This document shows positions 18,276 to 30,858 of a DNA stretch of 64,000 bases, one piece after another. The translations under genes and the position numbers were made by a program. Position 1 is the first letter of the stretch, and every line of letters starts with the position of its first letter. Source of the DNA: Planctomycetota bacterium (GTDB lineage: Bacteria; Planctomycetota; GCA-002687715; CAIWVZ01); contig JBGANV010000001.1 of the NCBI GenBank assembly GCA_044222185.1, forward strand, positions 832,001 to 896,000. Reading direction: 5' to 3'. Below the pieces are notes generated by a model. That model did no database searches. It was not told where the DNA came from and saw nothing but the letters and a program-made list of their open reading frames with translations.

Positions 18276-19700
18276 TCAGCGCGCGGAGGCGTCCGGCTTC
18301 CAGCGGAGATCCAGCTGCCGGGCCGCGAGCGTCTCGTTCAGCCGGCGGACGGGCGTCGTGTGGGGTGCGCTCTTCACGAGGTCCGGCGTGTCGTGCGCCT
18401 CCTTGATGACCTGCTTCATGGTGGCGATGAAGCGATCCAGTTCGACCTGCGGCTCCGTTTCCGTGGGCTCGATCATGATCGCCCCACGAACCATGATGGG
18501 GAAGTAGACCGTGGGCGGATGGAATCCGTAGTCGATGATCCGCTTCGCGAGGTCGCCTGTGATCACTCCGTTCGGGAGGTTCTTGTCGGTGAAGACGACC
18601 TCGTGGAGCGTGGGCGTCCTGTACGGGAGGTGCAGGTCGTTCTCGAGGTGCTTGCGGAGGTAGTTGGCGTTCAGCGTCGCTTCTTCGCTGACTTCGCGGA
18701 GTCCCTGGCCGCCCAGGCTGCGAATGTAGGTCCACGCCCGGATGAACATGCCCCACTGTCCCAGGTACGCCTTCACCGGACCGATGCTCTCGGGCCGTCC
18801 TGACTCGGACGCGAACGGCGCAAGCTTGTCGTTGAACCCGATGGGGCCTGCACCGGGTCCGCCGCCGCCGTGGGGCGTCGTGAACGTCTTGTGCAGGTTG
18901 AAGTGCATCACGTCGGCACCGATCTTCCCCGGCTGGAAGATGCCCATGATCGCGTTGAAGTTGGCGCCGTCCATGTAGACGAGCCCACCGGCCTTGTGGA
19001 TCGCGTCCGCGACCTTCGTGAAGTCACGCTCGCAGATCCCGAGAGTGTTCGGATTCGTCACCATGATGCCGGCGACGTCGTCCTTCAGGTGGGGCGTCAC
19101 GTCTTCGAGGCGGAGGAAGCCGTCCGGGCCGCTGGGGATCTGTTTGCACTCGAACCCCGCCATCGCCGCGGATGCCGGGTTCGTCCCGTGAGCCGTGTCG
19201 GGGATGAGCATCACCTTCTTGTGGCTCAGTCCGTGGTGGTCGAGATACGCCTTCATCATGAACACGGCGGCGAGCTCGCCCTGGGCGCCGGCTGCGGGCA
19301 GCAACGACACCTGGTCGAAGCCGCTGACTTCCGCCAGGTCTTTCGCGAGCTCGGCCATGACCTGCGTGTGGGCCTTGCGGAACTCCGCGGGCCAGTACGG
19401 GTGGACGTTTGCGAAATGGGGGTCGGCCGCCACCTTCTCGTTGACCACCGGGTTGTGCTTCATCGTGCAACTACCCAGCGGGTACATGCCCCGATTGATG
19501 TCGAAGTTCATCGTCGACAACCGGGTGTAGTGACGGATGACGTCGATTTCGCTCGCCTGCTCCATGCCTCCGCACCCGTCGGTGCGGCGCGGCAGGTCGA
19601 GGGGGATCGAGTCGACGGCGGAGTTCTCACCGACGACGCGGAAGCCCGGCTGGGACGACGTCGCGCGGTGGAAGATGGGGCGTTCAGGAATCGTGAACAA
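18276..19700 (-). CDS. gcvPB: Glycine dehydrogenase subunit 2
   Basis: 'YPLGSCTMKHNP', 'AHGTNPASA', PLP-Lys motif 'HFNLHKTFTTPHGGGGPG'. Confidence 0.95.
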   Translation of the reverse strand: MFTIPERPIFHRATSSQPGFRVVGENSAVDSIPLDLPRRTDGCGGMEQASEIDVIRHYTRLSTMNFDINRGMYPLGSCTMKHNPVVNEKVAADPHFANVHPYWPAEFRKAHTQVMAELAKDLAEVSGFDQVSLLPAAGAQGELAAVFMMKAYLDHHGLSHKKVMLIPDTAHGTNPASAAMAGFECKQIPSGPDGFLRLEDVTPHLKDDVAGIMVTNPNTLGICERDFTKVADAIHKAGGLVYMDGANFNAIMGIFQPGKIGADVMHFNLHKTFTTPHGGGGPGAGPIGFNDKLAPFASESGRPESIGPVKAYLGQWGMFIRAWTYIRSLGGQGLREVSEEATLNANYLRKHLENDLHLPYRTPTLHEVVFTDKNLPNGVITGDLAKRIIDYGFHPPTVYFPIMVRGAIMIEPTETEPQVELDRFIATMKQVIKEAHDTPDLVKSAPHTTPVRRLNETLAARQLDLRWKPDASAR

Positions 19701-20997
19701 CGGATTTCACCTCGTCCAGGATCGCGGCCATGTCGGGATGGTGCACTTCGGTCGTGTTGATCAGGTAGTGGTGTTCGAGGTCGGGGTACCACCGCGCCAT
19801 GGGTACGCCGAAAAGGAACCCGCGGCGCCGGAGGTCGTCGTACAGCTTGGGGCGTGCCCGCGCGTCGACGACGAACTCGTTGAAGACGGCGCCGGAGAAC
19901 GGGAGCTTCAGGCCCAGGCGTTTCAGGCCATCGGCGAGGAATCGGGCGCTGCGGGCGTTCTTCTCGGCCAGCTCGACGAGGCCGGCGCGACCGAGCAGGG
20001 ACATGTAGACCGTCGCGCGAAGACACATGAGACCTGACGACGTGCAGATGTTGCTCGTGGCTTTCTCGCGGCGGATGAACTGTTCGCGTGTGGCGAGCGT
20101 GATGCAGAACGCCTCGCGGCCGTCGGCGTCCACGGTGCGGCCGACGAGCCGGCCGGGCATCTGGCGAACGTTCTCCTTGCGCGTCGCGAAGAAGCCTGCC
20201 GTGGGACCGCCGAGCTGCATGGGGATCCCGAAGCTCTGGCAGTCGCCGGTTGCGACCTGGACCGGCAGCGGCGGAAGGATTGCCATCGAGAGCGCTTCGT
20301 TGCAGACCGAGATCCCGAAGGCATCCGGGTCGAGGCCCGCCGCATCTTCGACGACGCCGAAGAAGTTGGGGCTCTGCAGCACGATCGCCGCCGCCGATTT
20401 CTGCGCATCCTTCGACAAGGTGATGCGCGTGCGCCCGGTGGCACGGTCGACGGGCAGAAGCTCGATCGCGACGTCGTGAAAGCGCAGGAACGTCTTTAGG
20501 ACGGCGCGGTACTCGGGATGAACGGCTTCGCTGACGTAGACGTTGGTGCGCTCGGGGTGGAGCCTCATCGCCATCAGTACGGCCTCGGCGAGGCTCGTGC
20601 TGCCGTCGTACATTCCGCCGTTCGCGATCTCCTGGCCGCTGAGCATCGCCATGTACGTCTGGAACTCGTAGTACATGTTGAGCGTGCCCTGGGCGATCTC
20701 GGGCTGGTACGGCGTGTAGCTCGTCACCCATTCGCTCCGCGCGCACAGGTGATCGACGGGCGTGGGGATCACGTGCGAGTAGAGACCGGCGCCCACGAGT
20801 GAAACGCGCGGCGTCGGACCCTTCATCTGATCGAGCTTGCGGAGAAGGTCGGCCTCGGGAAGCGGGCCTTCGATGGCGAGCGGGCGCTTCATCCGCATTT
20901 CGGCTGGGATCGACGCGAGGAGTGCCTCGACGTCGCGAGCGCCGATGGCCTTCAGCATGGCCTCGCGGGACTGGGCTGTGGTGGCGCTGTAGCGCAT
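19684..20997 (-). CDS. gcvPA: Glycine dehydrogenase subunit 1
   Basis: 'TSYTPYQPEIAQG', 'MPGRLVG', 'TREQFIRREKATSNICT'. Confidence 0.95.
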   Translation of the reverse strand: MRYSATTAQSREAMLKAIGARDVEALLASIPAEMRMKRPLAIEGPLPEADLLRKLDQMKGPTPRVSLVGAGLYSHVIPTPVDHLCARSEWVTSYTPYQPEIAQGTLNMYYEFQTYMAMLSGQEIANGGMYDGSTSLAEAVLMAMRLHPERTNVYVSEAVHPEYRAVLKTFLRFHDVAIELLPVDRATGRTRITLSKDAQKSAAAIVLQSPNFFGVVEDAAGLDPDAFGISVCNEALSMAILPPLPVQVATGDCQSFGIPMQLGGPTAGFFATRKENVRQMPGRLVGRTVDADGREAFCITLATREQFIRREKATSNICTSSGLMCLRATVYMSLLGRAGLVELAEKNARSARFLADGLKRLGLKLPFSGAVFNEFVVDARARPKLYDDLRRRGFLFGVPMARWYPDLEHHYLINTTEVHHPDMAAILDEVKSVVHDS

Positions 20998-21051
20998 GGA
21001 TCGTTCACCCTCCGGCGCCGGGCGCCGGGTGCTTGGTCTATTGGGCTTGGC

Positions 21052-21441
21052 TCAATGTTTCTCGGCGTCGACGACCTTCTGATAGGCCGCATCGTCGAGG
21101 AGGTTGTTGATCTCCGACGGCTTCTCGATCCGGATCTTCAGCATCCAGCCGTTGCCGTAGGGGTCCTTCGCGAGGAGGTCCAGCTCTTCCATCAGACGTT
21201 CGTTGCGTTCGACGACCTCGCCCGTCATGGGCGCGTAGAGGTCGGAGACGGCCTTCACGGACTCGATCTCTCCGAACGGTTCGTTCTGCTGGATGTCGGT
21301 TCGGACCTCGGGCAGGTCGAGGAAGACGAGATCGGAGAGGTGCGACACGGCGAAATCGGTGATGCCGATGAAGGCGAACTCACCCTCGACGCGGACCCAC
21401 TCGTGGGACTTGAGGTATCGCAGGTTCTTCGGACGGGCCAT
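21052..21441 (-). CDS. gcvH: Glycine cleavage system H protein
   Basis: 'SHEW', 'GITDFA', lipoyl-Lys 'IESVKAVSDLYAP', 'DPYGNGW'. Confidence 0.96.
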   Translation of the reverse strand: MARPKNLRYLKSHEWVRVEGEFAFIGITDFAVSHLSDLVFLDLPEVRTDIQQNEPFGEIESVKAVSDLYAPMTGEVVERNERLMEELDLLAKDPYGNGWMLKIRIEKPSEINNLLDDAAYQKVVDAEKH

Positions 21442-21449
21442 CGTGAAGA

Positions 21450-22538
21450 TCAACTCCTCTTGGGGCGGGTGTAGAAAGGCATCGGGATCCGCGTGGCACG
21501 AACGTGGTCTCCGCGGATGTCGATGGTGAGCGCACCGTCGGCGACGTCGGCCGATGCTTCGATCATGGCCGTCGCGATGTTCTTCGAAAGCGTAGGGGAG
21601 CGGGTTCCGCTGCAGATGGCGCCCACGGCCTTGCCGCGGGAATGCACGGCACATCCCTGGCGCGGGATTCGCGGGCCATCGGAGGTCAGGCCGATCAGCG
21701 TGCGCTTGGCGCCATTCTTGCGGATCTCCGCCAGGGCCGAGGCACCGAGCGACGGCGCCGTCTCGGACACGCCGAACGTCAGATGCGCTTCGTACGGGTT
21801 CGTGTTCCGATCGATCTCGTGGCCGTAGAGCGGCATGCCGGCCTCGAGCCGCAGCGTGTCCCGGCATCCGAGGCCGCAGGGGATCAGCCCCGACGGTTCC
21901 CCGGCCGCGGTCAGTCCGCTCCACACGTCATCGGCGCGGCGGCTGTCGACCAGGAGCTCGAAGCCGTCCTCGCCGGTGTAGCCCGTGCGCGACACGAGGA
22001 TGGGGCCGACGACCGACGGAAGGGTCGCGAACCGGTAGTACTTGATCTCGTCGTGACCCTTCAGGCCGAATCGTGCCAGGATCTCGACGGCTTTCGGTCC
22101 CTGGACCGCGACCATGGAGATGCGCTCCGAGTCGTCGATCACGGAGACGTTCAGACGCGCGGCGTGTTCGTGGAAGAAGGCCAGATCGGTCGCTCGGTTG
22201 CCCGCGTTGATCACGAGGAGGAACCCGTCCTCCTCGCGAGAGATCAGGATGTCGTCGAGGATGCCGCCGTCCGGCGCGAGCAGGAGCGCGTAACGCGTTC
22301 GGCCGGGCATGATCCCAGCGGCGTCTTGCGACTGGACGATCGTCGCGAGCTTCAGTGCGTCCGGGCCCTTGAAGCGCACTCGACCCATGTGTGAGAGGTC
22401 GAAGAGTCCGGCCTTCTGGCGGACGGCGTGATGCTCGGTCGTGATGTCCTTGTAGAGGACCGGCATCTCGTAACCGCCAAACTCCACGAGACGCGCCGAC
22501 AGGCGCTGGTGGATGTGATGGAACGGCGTCGTCTTCAT
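21450..22538 (-). CDS. gcvT: Glycine cleavage aminomethyltransferase T
   Basis: 'GLFDLSHMG', 'SRTGYTGEDGFE', 'GLGCRDTLRLEAGMPLYGHE'. Confidence 0.96.
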   Translation of the reverse strand: MKTTPFHHIHQRLSARLVEFGGYEMPVLYKDITTEHHAVRQKAGLFDLSHMGRVRFKGPDALKLATIVQSQDAAGIMPGRTRYALLLAPDGGILDDILISREEDGFLLVINAGNRATDLAFFHEHAARLNVSVIDDSERISMVAVQGPKAVEILARFGLKGHDEIKYYRFATLPSVVGPILVSRTGYTGEDGFELLVDSRRADDVWSGLTAAGEPSGLIPCGLGCRDTLRLEAGMPLYGHEIDRNTNPYEAHLTFGVSETAPSLGASALAEIRKNGAKRTLIGLTSDGPRIPRQGCAVHSRGKAVGAICSGTRSPTLSKNIATAMIEASADVADGALTIDIRGDHVRATRIPMPFYTRPKRS

Positions 22539-22594
22539 GCTCGTTCAGCCCTCTGGCGTTCGCTCCCCGGGAAAACAGGCGCCGCAAACCCTGT

Positions 22595-23143
22595 TCAGGA
22601 GGGGTCGCGGGTCTCGCCGGATACCGGAACGCGTGCGAGGCGATCGAGCAGATCGTCCCAGTCGACCGCCGAGGGGTCGGTGTTAGCAAGCGGCGGCAAC
22701 GACTGGAAGCGGTGGAACTCGTCGCCATCGACGAAGTCGGAGTGGGGCGGAGGAGGGCTCGCTTCGACGGCCGAAATCGGGATCCAACCACGAGCGGCGA
22801 GCGCGTCGGGATCGAGGCTGGCCGAGCGCGCCTCGACGGGGATCCGGCGTGCGGCGATCCGCTCGAGGACGTGCGGAGGGAACGAGTGACTGAGGAACGC
22901 CACGCTGTCCATGAGATAGGTGCGCCAGAAGACCTCGTGAGCCTCCTCGGCGCGACCGAGCCGCAGCAGAGCGCGCCCCCACAGAACGTGGCACGGAACG
23001 GAAAGCGGTGCATCGAAACATGCGCGGCGAAGCAGGCATTCCGCCAATCGAGCATTGCCCCGAGCGAGCAACCGTTGCGCGAGAAAACGCCGCAACGGCG
23101 CCAGGCAGAAACGTCGCCAATGGGACCGGATTCGGTCGAGCAT
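22595..23143 (-). CDS. Hypothetical protein with a TPR-like helical pair
   Basis: 'LLARGNARLAECLLRRA..HVLWGRALLRLGRAEEA' TPR-like pattern; acidic C-terminus; start uncertain. Confidence 0.5.
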   Translation of the reverse strand: MLDRIRSHWRRFCLAPLRRFLAQRLLARGNARLAECLLRRACFDAPLSVPCHVLWGRALLRLGRAEEAHEVFWRTYLMDSVAFLSHSFPPHVLERIAARRIPVEARSASLDPDALAARGWIPISAVEASPPPPHSDFVDGDEFHRFQSLPPLANTDPSAVDWDDLLDRLARVPVSGETRDPS

Positions 23144-23370
23144 GTCGCGTGAGGAGGCGGCCCACCCGTGGGGTGTCACGGGAACGGCCGAAAGCCATCG
23201 GCCGGCCACTATACAGGCCCGCATCCGGCGGTCAAACATCCTCCGGCCGGGGTGCCGTCCAGCGCGCGCCAGGCTTGCCGCCGCCTCGAGACCGCACCCG
23301 CGATCGACTGCGATTCCCGGGCCAGCTGGACCGATAAAGACAGGGATCAGCCCTCTGGCGGAGATGTTTC

Positions 23371-26300
23371 ATGGCCCTGAAGGGCGACCTGGTTTCGGCG
23401 GATCTGAGCAACTTGTTCCAGATGCTCTCGTTGAATCGCAAAACGGGAGTTCTGACGGTCCAGGATCGTGCAAACCCGCTGGTGCGGCGGCGTCTGTTCA
23501 TCGACGCCCAGACGATTCGTCTGGCCGACGGTCTCACCGGGCCGCTGCCCGTGGCTCTCCTCGTCGACTCGGAGCACGTCACCTACGAGCAGTGGGCGAA
23601 TGCGCGACGACAGGCCGAGAAGTATGGGCACGACCTCGCGTCGATGCTGCGTGCGCAAGGCGCGTTGTCGGCCGACGTCGAGGCCGCGCTGCGGGTCCGT
23701 GCCGAGAAGGAAGCCATCCTCGATGTCTTCCTGTGGCGCAACATTCGTTTCTGGCTCGACGAGGATGTCGCCCCACGCGATCTTGGCGCCTCCGATGGCT
23801 TGCTCGTCGATCACCTCGTGATGGAGGCCGCGCGCCGGCAGGACGAGTGGCACTTCGTCGTCGAGCGCACGGGTTCGCACCGGGACATCTTCCGGAGACT
23901 CCAAACGGACGAGGCCGCCCTCCAAGATCTCTCGGGGATGACGCGCATCGTGCTCGACCACGTCGACGGCGTGGACGCCGCACGCGAGATCATGCGGCGG
24001 ACGGGTCTGTCCAACTACTTCGTGGACGTCGCGCTGGCGGACCTCTTGGAGCGCGGATTGATCGCGAAGCTCACGCTGGATGAGCTCTCGGAAGGCGCGG
24101 ACCGGCTTTCCCAGTCGGGACATGCGCGTGAGGGGATCCGCCTCCTGCATTGCGCCCTGCGCTGCGATCGGACGAACGTCGAGACTCACAAGCGTCTTGC
24201 CGCGGCCTACCTCGACATCGGCGAGCACACGAAGGGGTGCGCGCACTACCGGTTCTGTGCGTCGTCTCTTCTCGCCACGGGGAACCGTCGAGAAGCGCTG
24301 AGCATCCTCCAACGTGTCTGGCAGATCCTCCCGAGTCACTTCGGCACTCTGGAGTCGATCGTGCGCATCCTCGCGGACGAGGACGTGGAGTTCACGCGGC
24401 AGGACCGCGCGTGTCTCGCGGACGCACGGAAACTCGTGACAGTCCTCCAGGACACCGGAGAGCTCGCGCGCGCTGCGGACCTGGCCGGACTCCTCGCGGA
24501 GATCAACCCGAGGGACCGACAGGCGGTGGGCACGTTCGCGCGAATCAACATGCGGCTCGGCCGTCGCGACAAGGCCGTCGAGGCGTATCTCGCTCTCGGC
24601 ACCGGGTTGCGCGAAGACGGCGAGTACAGCCAGGCCCTGGACGTGTTCCGGACGCTCGCGGCCATCGACGCCGGGTGCAACCGGATCTACGCCGAGCAGG
24701 TGAACGAACTGCGGATGCACGTTGAGCTGAAGCGCCGTCGCTCGCGCCGCGGGCGATCGCGCAGGCTCGCGATGTTCGGCGCCGGGTGTCTCTGCGTGAT
24801 CTGGGGCGGCTACGTCCTGCTCGGCGAGCATGCCCTTTCCGCGCTCGACGAGGCCGCTCCCACCGATCCCGCGGCCCAGGAGTCGCTCGGGACCGAGTAT
24901 CGCCATCTGGGGAGTCTCTACGCGCTGACGCCGGCGGCGTCGCGCGCGAACGCGAAGGCCGAGTTCTGGTTCGACGCGGCACGCCTCCAACATGAGGCCG
25001 AAAGCGTCCGCATCGCGAAACTCACGGAGGACCGGGCGCGGCGTCAGGCTCGTGCCGAGGAGGACGCCGCTGCGGCCGAGCGCCTCATGAAACGTGGCGA
25101 GCTCGGTGCGGCCGTCGAGCGTCTCGAGGGGGCTTTGCGGGCAGCACCCGAGACGGAGGGCCCGTTCTGGGACGAGGTCCGGCGCTCGCTCGGCGACGCG
25201 CGGCAATATGTTCACGGCGCTCGCGCGCTCCTGTCGCGCGCCGAGGCACTCGATCTGACGGACCCGGCCGCGGCGTTCCGGCTTCGTGCCGACGCGGCCC
25301 GGGAGTTCGGGCACTTCGACGAAGTGAAGGCGCTCCAGTTCCACGTCACCATCGACACGGTGCCGCCCGGTGCCTGGCTTGCCGTGGACGACGGCATCCA
25401 CGAAGGGCACGCCCCGATCCAGGCCTCCGTCGGCGGACAGAAGCCCGTGCGCGTCGACGCCCGCGCGCCCGGATGCATCGCGAAGTCGGTGACGATCCCG
25501 TTCCCACCGAGCGGTCCGCGCGTCGAGATCGTCCTCGATCGGTTGGCTGCGTTGAGCGTCGACCTCGGGGAACCGCTCGTCGCCGTCGTTCCCGTCTCCT
25601 CGACACGCGCGTTGGTCGCGGCGCGGAACGGCCGCATGCACGTCGTCGACACGCGGGGCGGGCAGATCATCACGAAGTACGCGCCCGACACCATCGAACT
25701 GCAGACCGCCGCGCCCGTCGTCTCCGGCGACCGGATCCTGGTCCGGCTCGCCGACGGCCGCTGCCGCATCCTCGAGATGAACGGACTTCGGAGCGCCCGA
25801 CAGGTCCAGTTCGAATCCAAGGTTCCTGTGGCCGCGATTCCCGTTCCGGACGGGTGGATCGTCGTCGATGGCCCGGGTCGCATCGTCCGACTCGATCGCG
25901 ACGGAGTGGTTCGCCACGAGATTCGATTGCCGGACGGAGTCACGGTCGCGCGGGTGGCAGTCGCCACGGACGGAACGGTCGTGGCGGCAACGTCGAGCGG
26001 CGTCGTCGGCGTCGACCTCGAAGGCGCCACGCTCCGCCCGCTCGTTCCCGGGCCAGCGTCCGGCGTCGCGCCCGGCGCGGATGGAGGCATCGTCGCCACG
26101 TGCGGCCGCCGCCTCGTGCAAGTGGGGCTGACTGGCGCTGGCCACCGCGAGCTTGCCACGTTCGATGCCGATACGACCGGCGTCGAGCGGCTCGGTCCGG
26201 ACCTGTGGCTCGTCCGTTTGGGACCGAAGGACGCCGCAGTCTGGGGACGTGGTTCGAAGCCCGCGCGGATCGCCGTGCCGGCAGCGCTTGCGCCAACGGC

Positions 26301-26493
26301 CGCGATCGTCGATGGAGGGGGCCAACGTGTCGCCCTGATGCTCGAGAGCGGTTGGTGCGGGGTCTACGACACGACGACCGGACGCTGCGTCGCGGGCCAC
26401 TCCTGCGATCCAGGCAGCACGCCCGCGTTCGTCGGGAACATGTTCGTGGCGGGCCACGAACGCGGGTCGTTGTCCTTCACGACGGACGGGTGA
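23371..26493 (+). CDS. DUF4388 (PATAN-like)-TPR-TM-PEGA-beta-propeller membrane protein
   Basis: 'MALKGDL..DLSNLFQMLSLNRKTGVLTV' DUF4388 start; TPRs; TM LAMFGAGCLCVIWGGYVLLG; PEGA-like 'IDTVPPGAWLAVD'; PQQ-like propeller blades. Confidence 0.8.
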   Translation: MALKGDLVSADLSNLFQMLSLNRKTGVLTVQDRANPLVRRRLFIDAQTIRLADGLTGPLPVALLVDSEHVTYEQWANARRQAEKYGHDLASMLRAQGALSADVEAALRVRAEKEAILDVFLWRNIRFWLDEDVAPRDLGASDGLLVDHLVMEAARRQDEWHFVVERTGSHRDIFRRLQTDEAALQDLSGMTRIVLDHVDGVDAAREIMRRTGLSNYFVDVALADLLERGLIAKLTLDELSEGADRLSQSGHAREGIRLLHCALRCDRTNVETHKRLAAAYLDIGEHTKGCAHYRFCASSLLATGNRREALSILQRVWQILPSHFGTLESIVRILADEDVEFTRQDRACLADARKLVTVLQDTGELARAADLAGLLAEINPRDRQAVGTFARINMRLGRRDKAVEAYLALGTGLREDGEYSQALDVFRTLAAIDAGCNRIYAEQVNELRMHVELKRRRSRRGRSRRLAMFGAGCLCVIWGGYVLLGEHALSALDEAAPTDPAAQESLGTEYRHLGSLYALTPAASRANAKAEFWFDAARLQHEAESVRIAKLTEDRARRQARAEEDAAAAERLMKRGELGAAVERLEGALRAAPETEGPFWDEVRRSLGDARQYVHGARALLSRAEALDLTDPAAAFRLRADAAREFGHFDEVKALQFHVTIDTVPPGAWLAVDDGIHEGHAPIQASVGGQKPVRVDARAPGCIAKSVTIPFPPSGPRVEIVLDRLAALSVDLGEPLVAVVPVSSTRALVAARNGRMHVVDTRGGQIITKYAPDTIELQTAAPVVSGDRILVRLADGRCRILEMNGLRSARQVQFESKVPVAAIPVPDGWIVVDGPGRIVRLDRDGVVRHEIRLPDGVTVARVAVATDGTVVAATSSGVVGVDLEGATLRPLVPGPASGVAPGADGGIVATCGRRLVQVGLTGAGHRELATFDADTTGVERLGPDLWLVRLGPKDAAVWGRGSKPARIAVPAALAPTAAIVDGGGQRVALMLESGWCGVYDTTTGRCVAGHSCDPGSTPAFVGNMFVAGHERGSLSFTTDG

Positions 26494-27218
26494 ATCGCAT
26501 GGACGTCGATCTCGAAACCAGTCGACTCACGTTTCACGTGGCGTTCATGGGGCCGGGTGTGGCGACCCGATGGCAGAAACTCCACCCAGGTCGCGACGAC
26601 CGAGCGATCGACGCGCAGGTCGCAGTGTTTCATGCGAACGGAGATCGAATCCTCATCTCCCGTCGGATGGTGGAATCGGGCGACGCGGGCCACGGCCTGA
26701 CGACACAACTGCAGTCCATCGTCGTTCCCGGTCAACCGCGTGCGGCCGCCCTCGAGCGGTTGATCTACAAGACGGTGGACGCCGTCGTGTTCGTCCCATC
26801 CGGGCGGCCCGAGGACGCGACTCGCAACGAAGAACAGCTTCTCCGGGTGACGCGGCTGCTCGAGGCATCGGGCCGAGATCCTCGCGAGACCGTCCTCGGT
26901 GTCCTGGGTTCCGCCGACGCCTGTGCGTTCGCGCGACGTGCAGTCGGCCACTGGCGACCGCGGTTCCTCGCGAGCTCCCTCGGCTCGGTCGCCGAGCTTG
27001 GAGATGCGGCATCTGACGTGACGGCGGAACTGGTCGATCGCGTGAAGGACCTGGACGACGTGCGTGCGGCCGTCGGGGAGTCGCGCCATGTGGAGGAATC
27101 GACCGCGACGTTGGCCCGCGTCCTGGCCCGCCCGCGGACGCGAGAGCGCCTTCTCGTCGTCGCGTTGGTGGGAGCGGCCGCTCTCGCCGGATTGCTCGTC
27201 GGGGTGCTCGCGAGCTGA
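26490..27218 (+). CDS. Degenerate MglA-like small GTPase homologue with C-terminal membrane anchor
   Basis: 'HVAFMGPG', 'DR', 'VVPGQ', 'LIYKTVDAVVFV', 'RNEEQL' align to MglA; no GKT or NKxD; hydrophobic C-terminus; GTGA overlap with upstream stop (alternative ATG 26499). Confidence 0.65.
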   Translation: MNRMDVDLETSRLTFHVAFMGPGVATRWQKLHPGRDDRAIDAQVAVFHANGDRILISRRMVESGDAGHGLTTQLQSIVVPGQPRAAALERLIYKTVDAVVFVPSGRPEDATRNEEQLLRVTRLLEASGRDPRETVLGVLGSADACAFARRAVGHWRPRFLASSLGSVAELGDAASDVTAELVDRVKDLDDVRAAVGESRHVEESTATLARVLARPRTRERLLVVALVGAAALAGLLVGVLAS

Positions 27219-27255
27219 TCGCGCGCCACCTTGGGGCCCGCGGCCGCCGCCGTGG

Positions 27256-29961
<2,706 letters not shown>

Positions 29962-29978
29962 CGGGCGCCGAGGCCGGT

Positions 29979-30581
29979 TCAGTTTCCGCCCTTGGCCGGG
30001 AGCGCCACGCCGCCGTCTGGGAACTCGCTGCGCTGGTTGCGCATGGCGATGGCTTGCACCACTCCCTTCACCTCGGTGAAGAGCATGAGGTCCCTCTGGC
30101 CCGCCACGTCGTTCTGCCCGTTCGGGCGGTAGCCCAGCATCTTCGTCTTCGAATTCCCACGCTCGACGTACACGATGCCCTGGTACCTCGGGATGTCGCG
30201 CGCTCGCGTCGAGATGAATTGCTCGTCGCCCTGAACGAACGGCGTGGCCTTCGTCGAGTAGCCGCGCGCGTCGATGCTTTGGATCAAGGCATCCATCTCG
30301 TCGTCCGAGATGACGAAGTACGACCGGCTTCCGTCCTGGAGCGCGATCGCCAGACGCCCGTCACGGGATTTGCGCCAGCTGTGGCTCTCGTTCACGAAGA
30401 TCATGAGCACGTCGTTCTTCGACTGATACATCATCACCCGGGAATCGGTGCCGGACGGCGTGGACTTCCGCGCCTCGGGTGTGTCGGTCGAGCTGCGGCC
30501 CGAGGATCCGCCGGTGCCCGAGCAGGCGATCGTCAGCGAACAAACGGCGATGATGGACGCGAGGAGTGTGTTGCGCAGCAT
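29979..30581 (-). CDS. Hypothetical lipoprotein
   Basis: Lipobox-like 'LTIA|CSGTGG' followed by S/T/G linker. Confidence 0.7.
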   Translation of the reverse strand: MLRNTLLASIIAVCSLTIACSGTGGSSGRSSTDTPEARKSTPSGTDSRVMMYQSKNDVLMIFVNESHSWRKSRDGRLAIALQDGSRSYFVISDDEMDALIQSIDARGYSTKATPFVQGDEQFISTRARDIPRYQGIVYVERGNSKTKMLGYRPNGQNDVAGQRDLMLFTEVKGVVQAIAMRNQRSEFPDGGVALPAKGGN

Positions 30582-30745
30582 GGTGGGGTCCCGTCCAGGG
30601 AGGGTGCAGAGCGGCGGATCGTACCGGGCGCCGGTTGTGGATCAATCAGCCCGCGGCGGATCGGCAAACGTCCGCCGTGCGTGGCAGGGGGAGGGTGCCT
30701 CGAGATCCGCACGCCGATCGCTTGTGGATTGTTGTGTTTCGCGCC

Positions 30746-30774
30746 TTGACCGTCGCTGCGCACGCCCCTAAACT
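30746..30774 (+). promoter_or_regulatory. Sigma70-type promoter TTGACC-N17-TAAACT for the LysM gene
   Basis: Near-consensus -35/-10 with 17-bp spacer, about 85 bp upstream of ATG 30859. Confidence 0.6.
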
Positions 30775-30858
30775 CGGGCCGCAACGGTTGGCGCCACCGG
30801 TGTCCCAGTTTTCTGGGCGCGGTCCCGGTGGTGAGAATGCGGATTCTGGAGCCGGTCC

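Noticed and set aside
22539-22594. Glycine riboswitch upstream of gcvT
   Set aside because: The gap is only 56 bp and lacks a recognisable aptamer structure
23347-26457. 1036-aa minus-strand ORF, and similar long ORFs at 9541-11889, 36852-39683, 50650-52722 and 55017-57908
   Set aside because: Antisense shadows of well-supported genes in high-GC DNA; Arg/Ala-rich with no motifs
30635-30731. Two TTGTGGAT repeats resembling DnaA boxes
   Set aside because: Only two imperfect boxes, no AT-rich unwinding element and no dnaA nearby; not an origin
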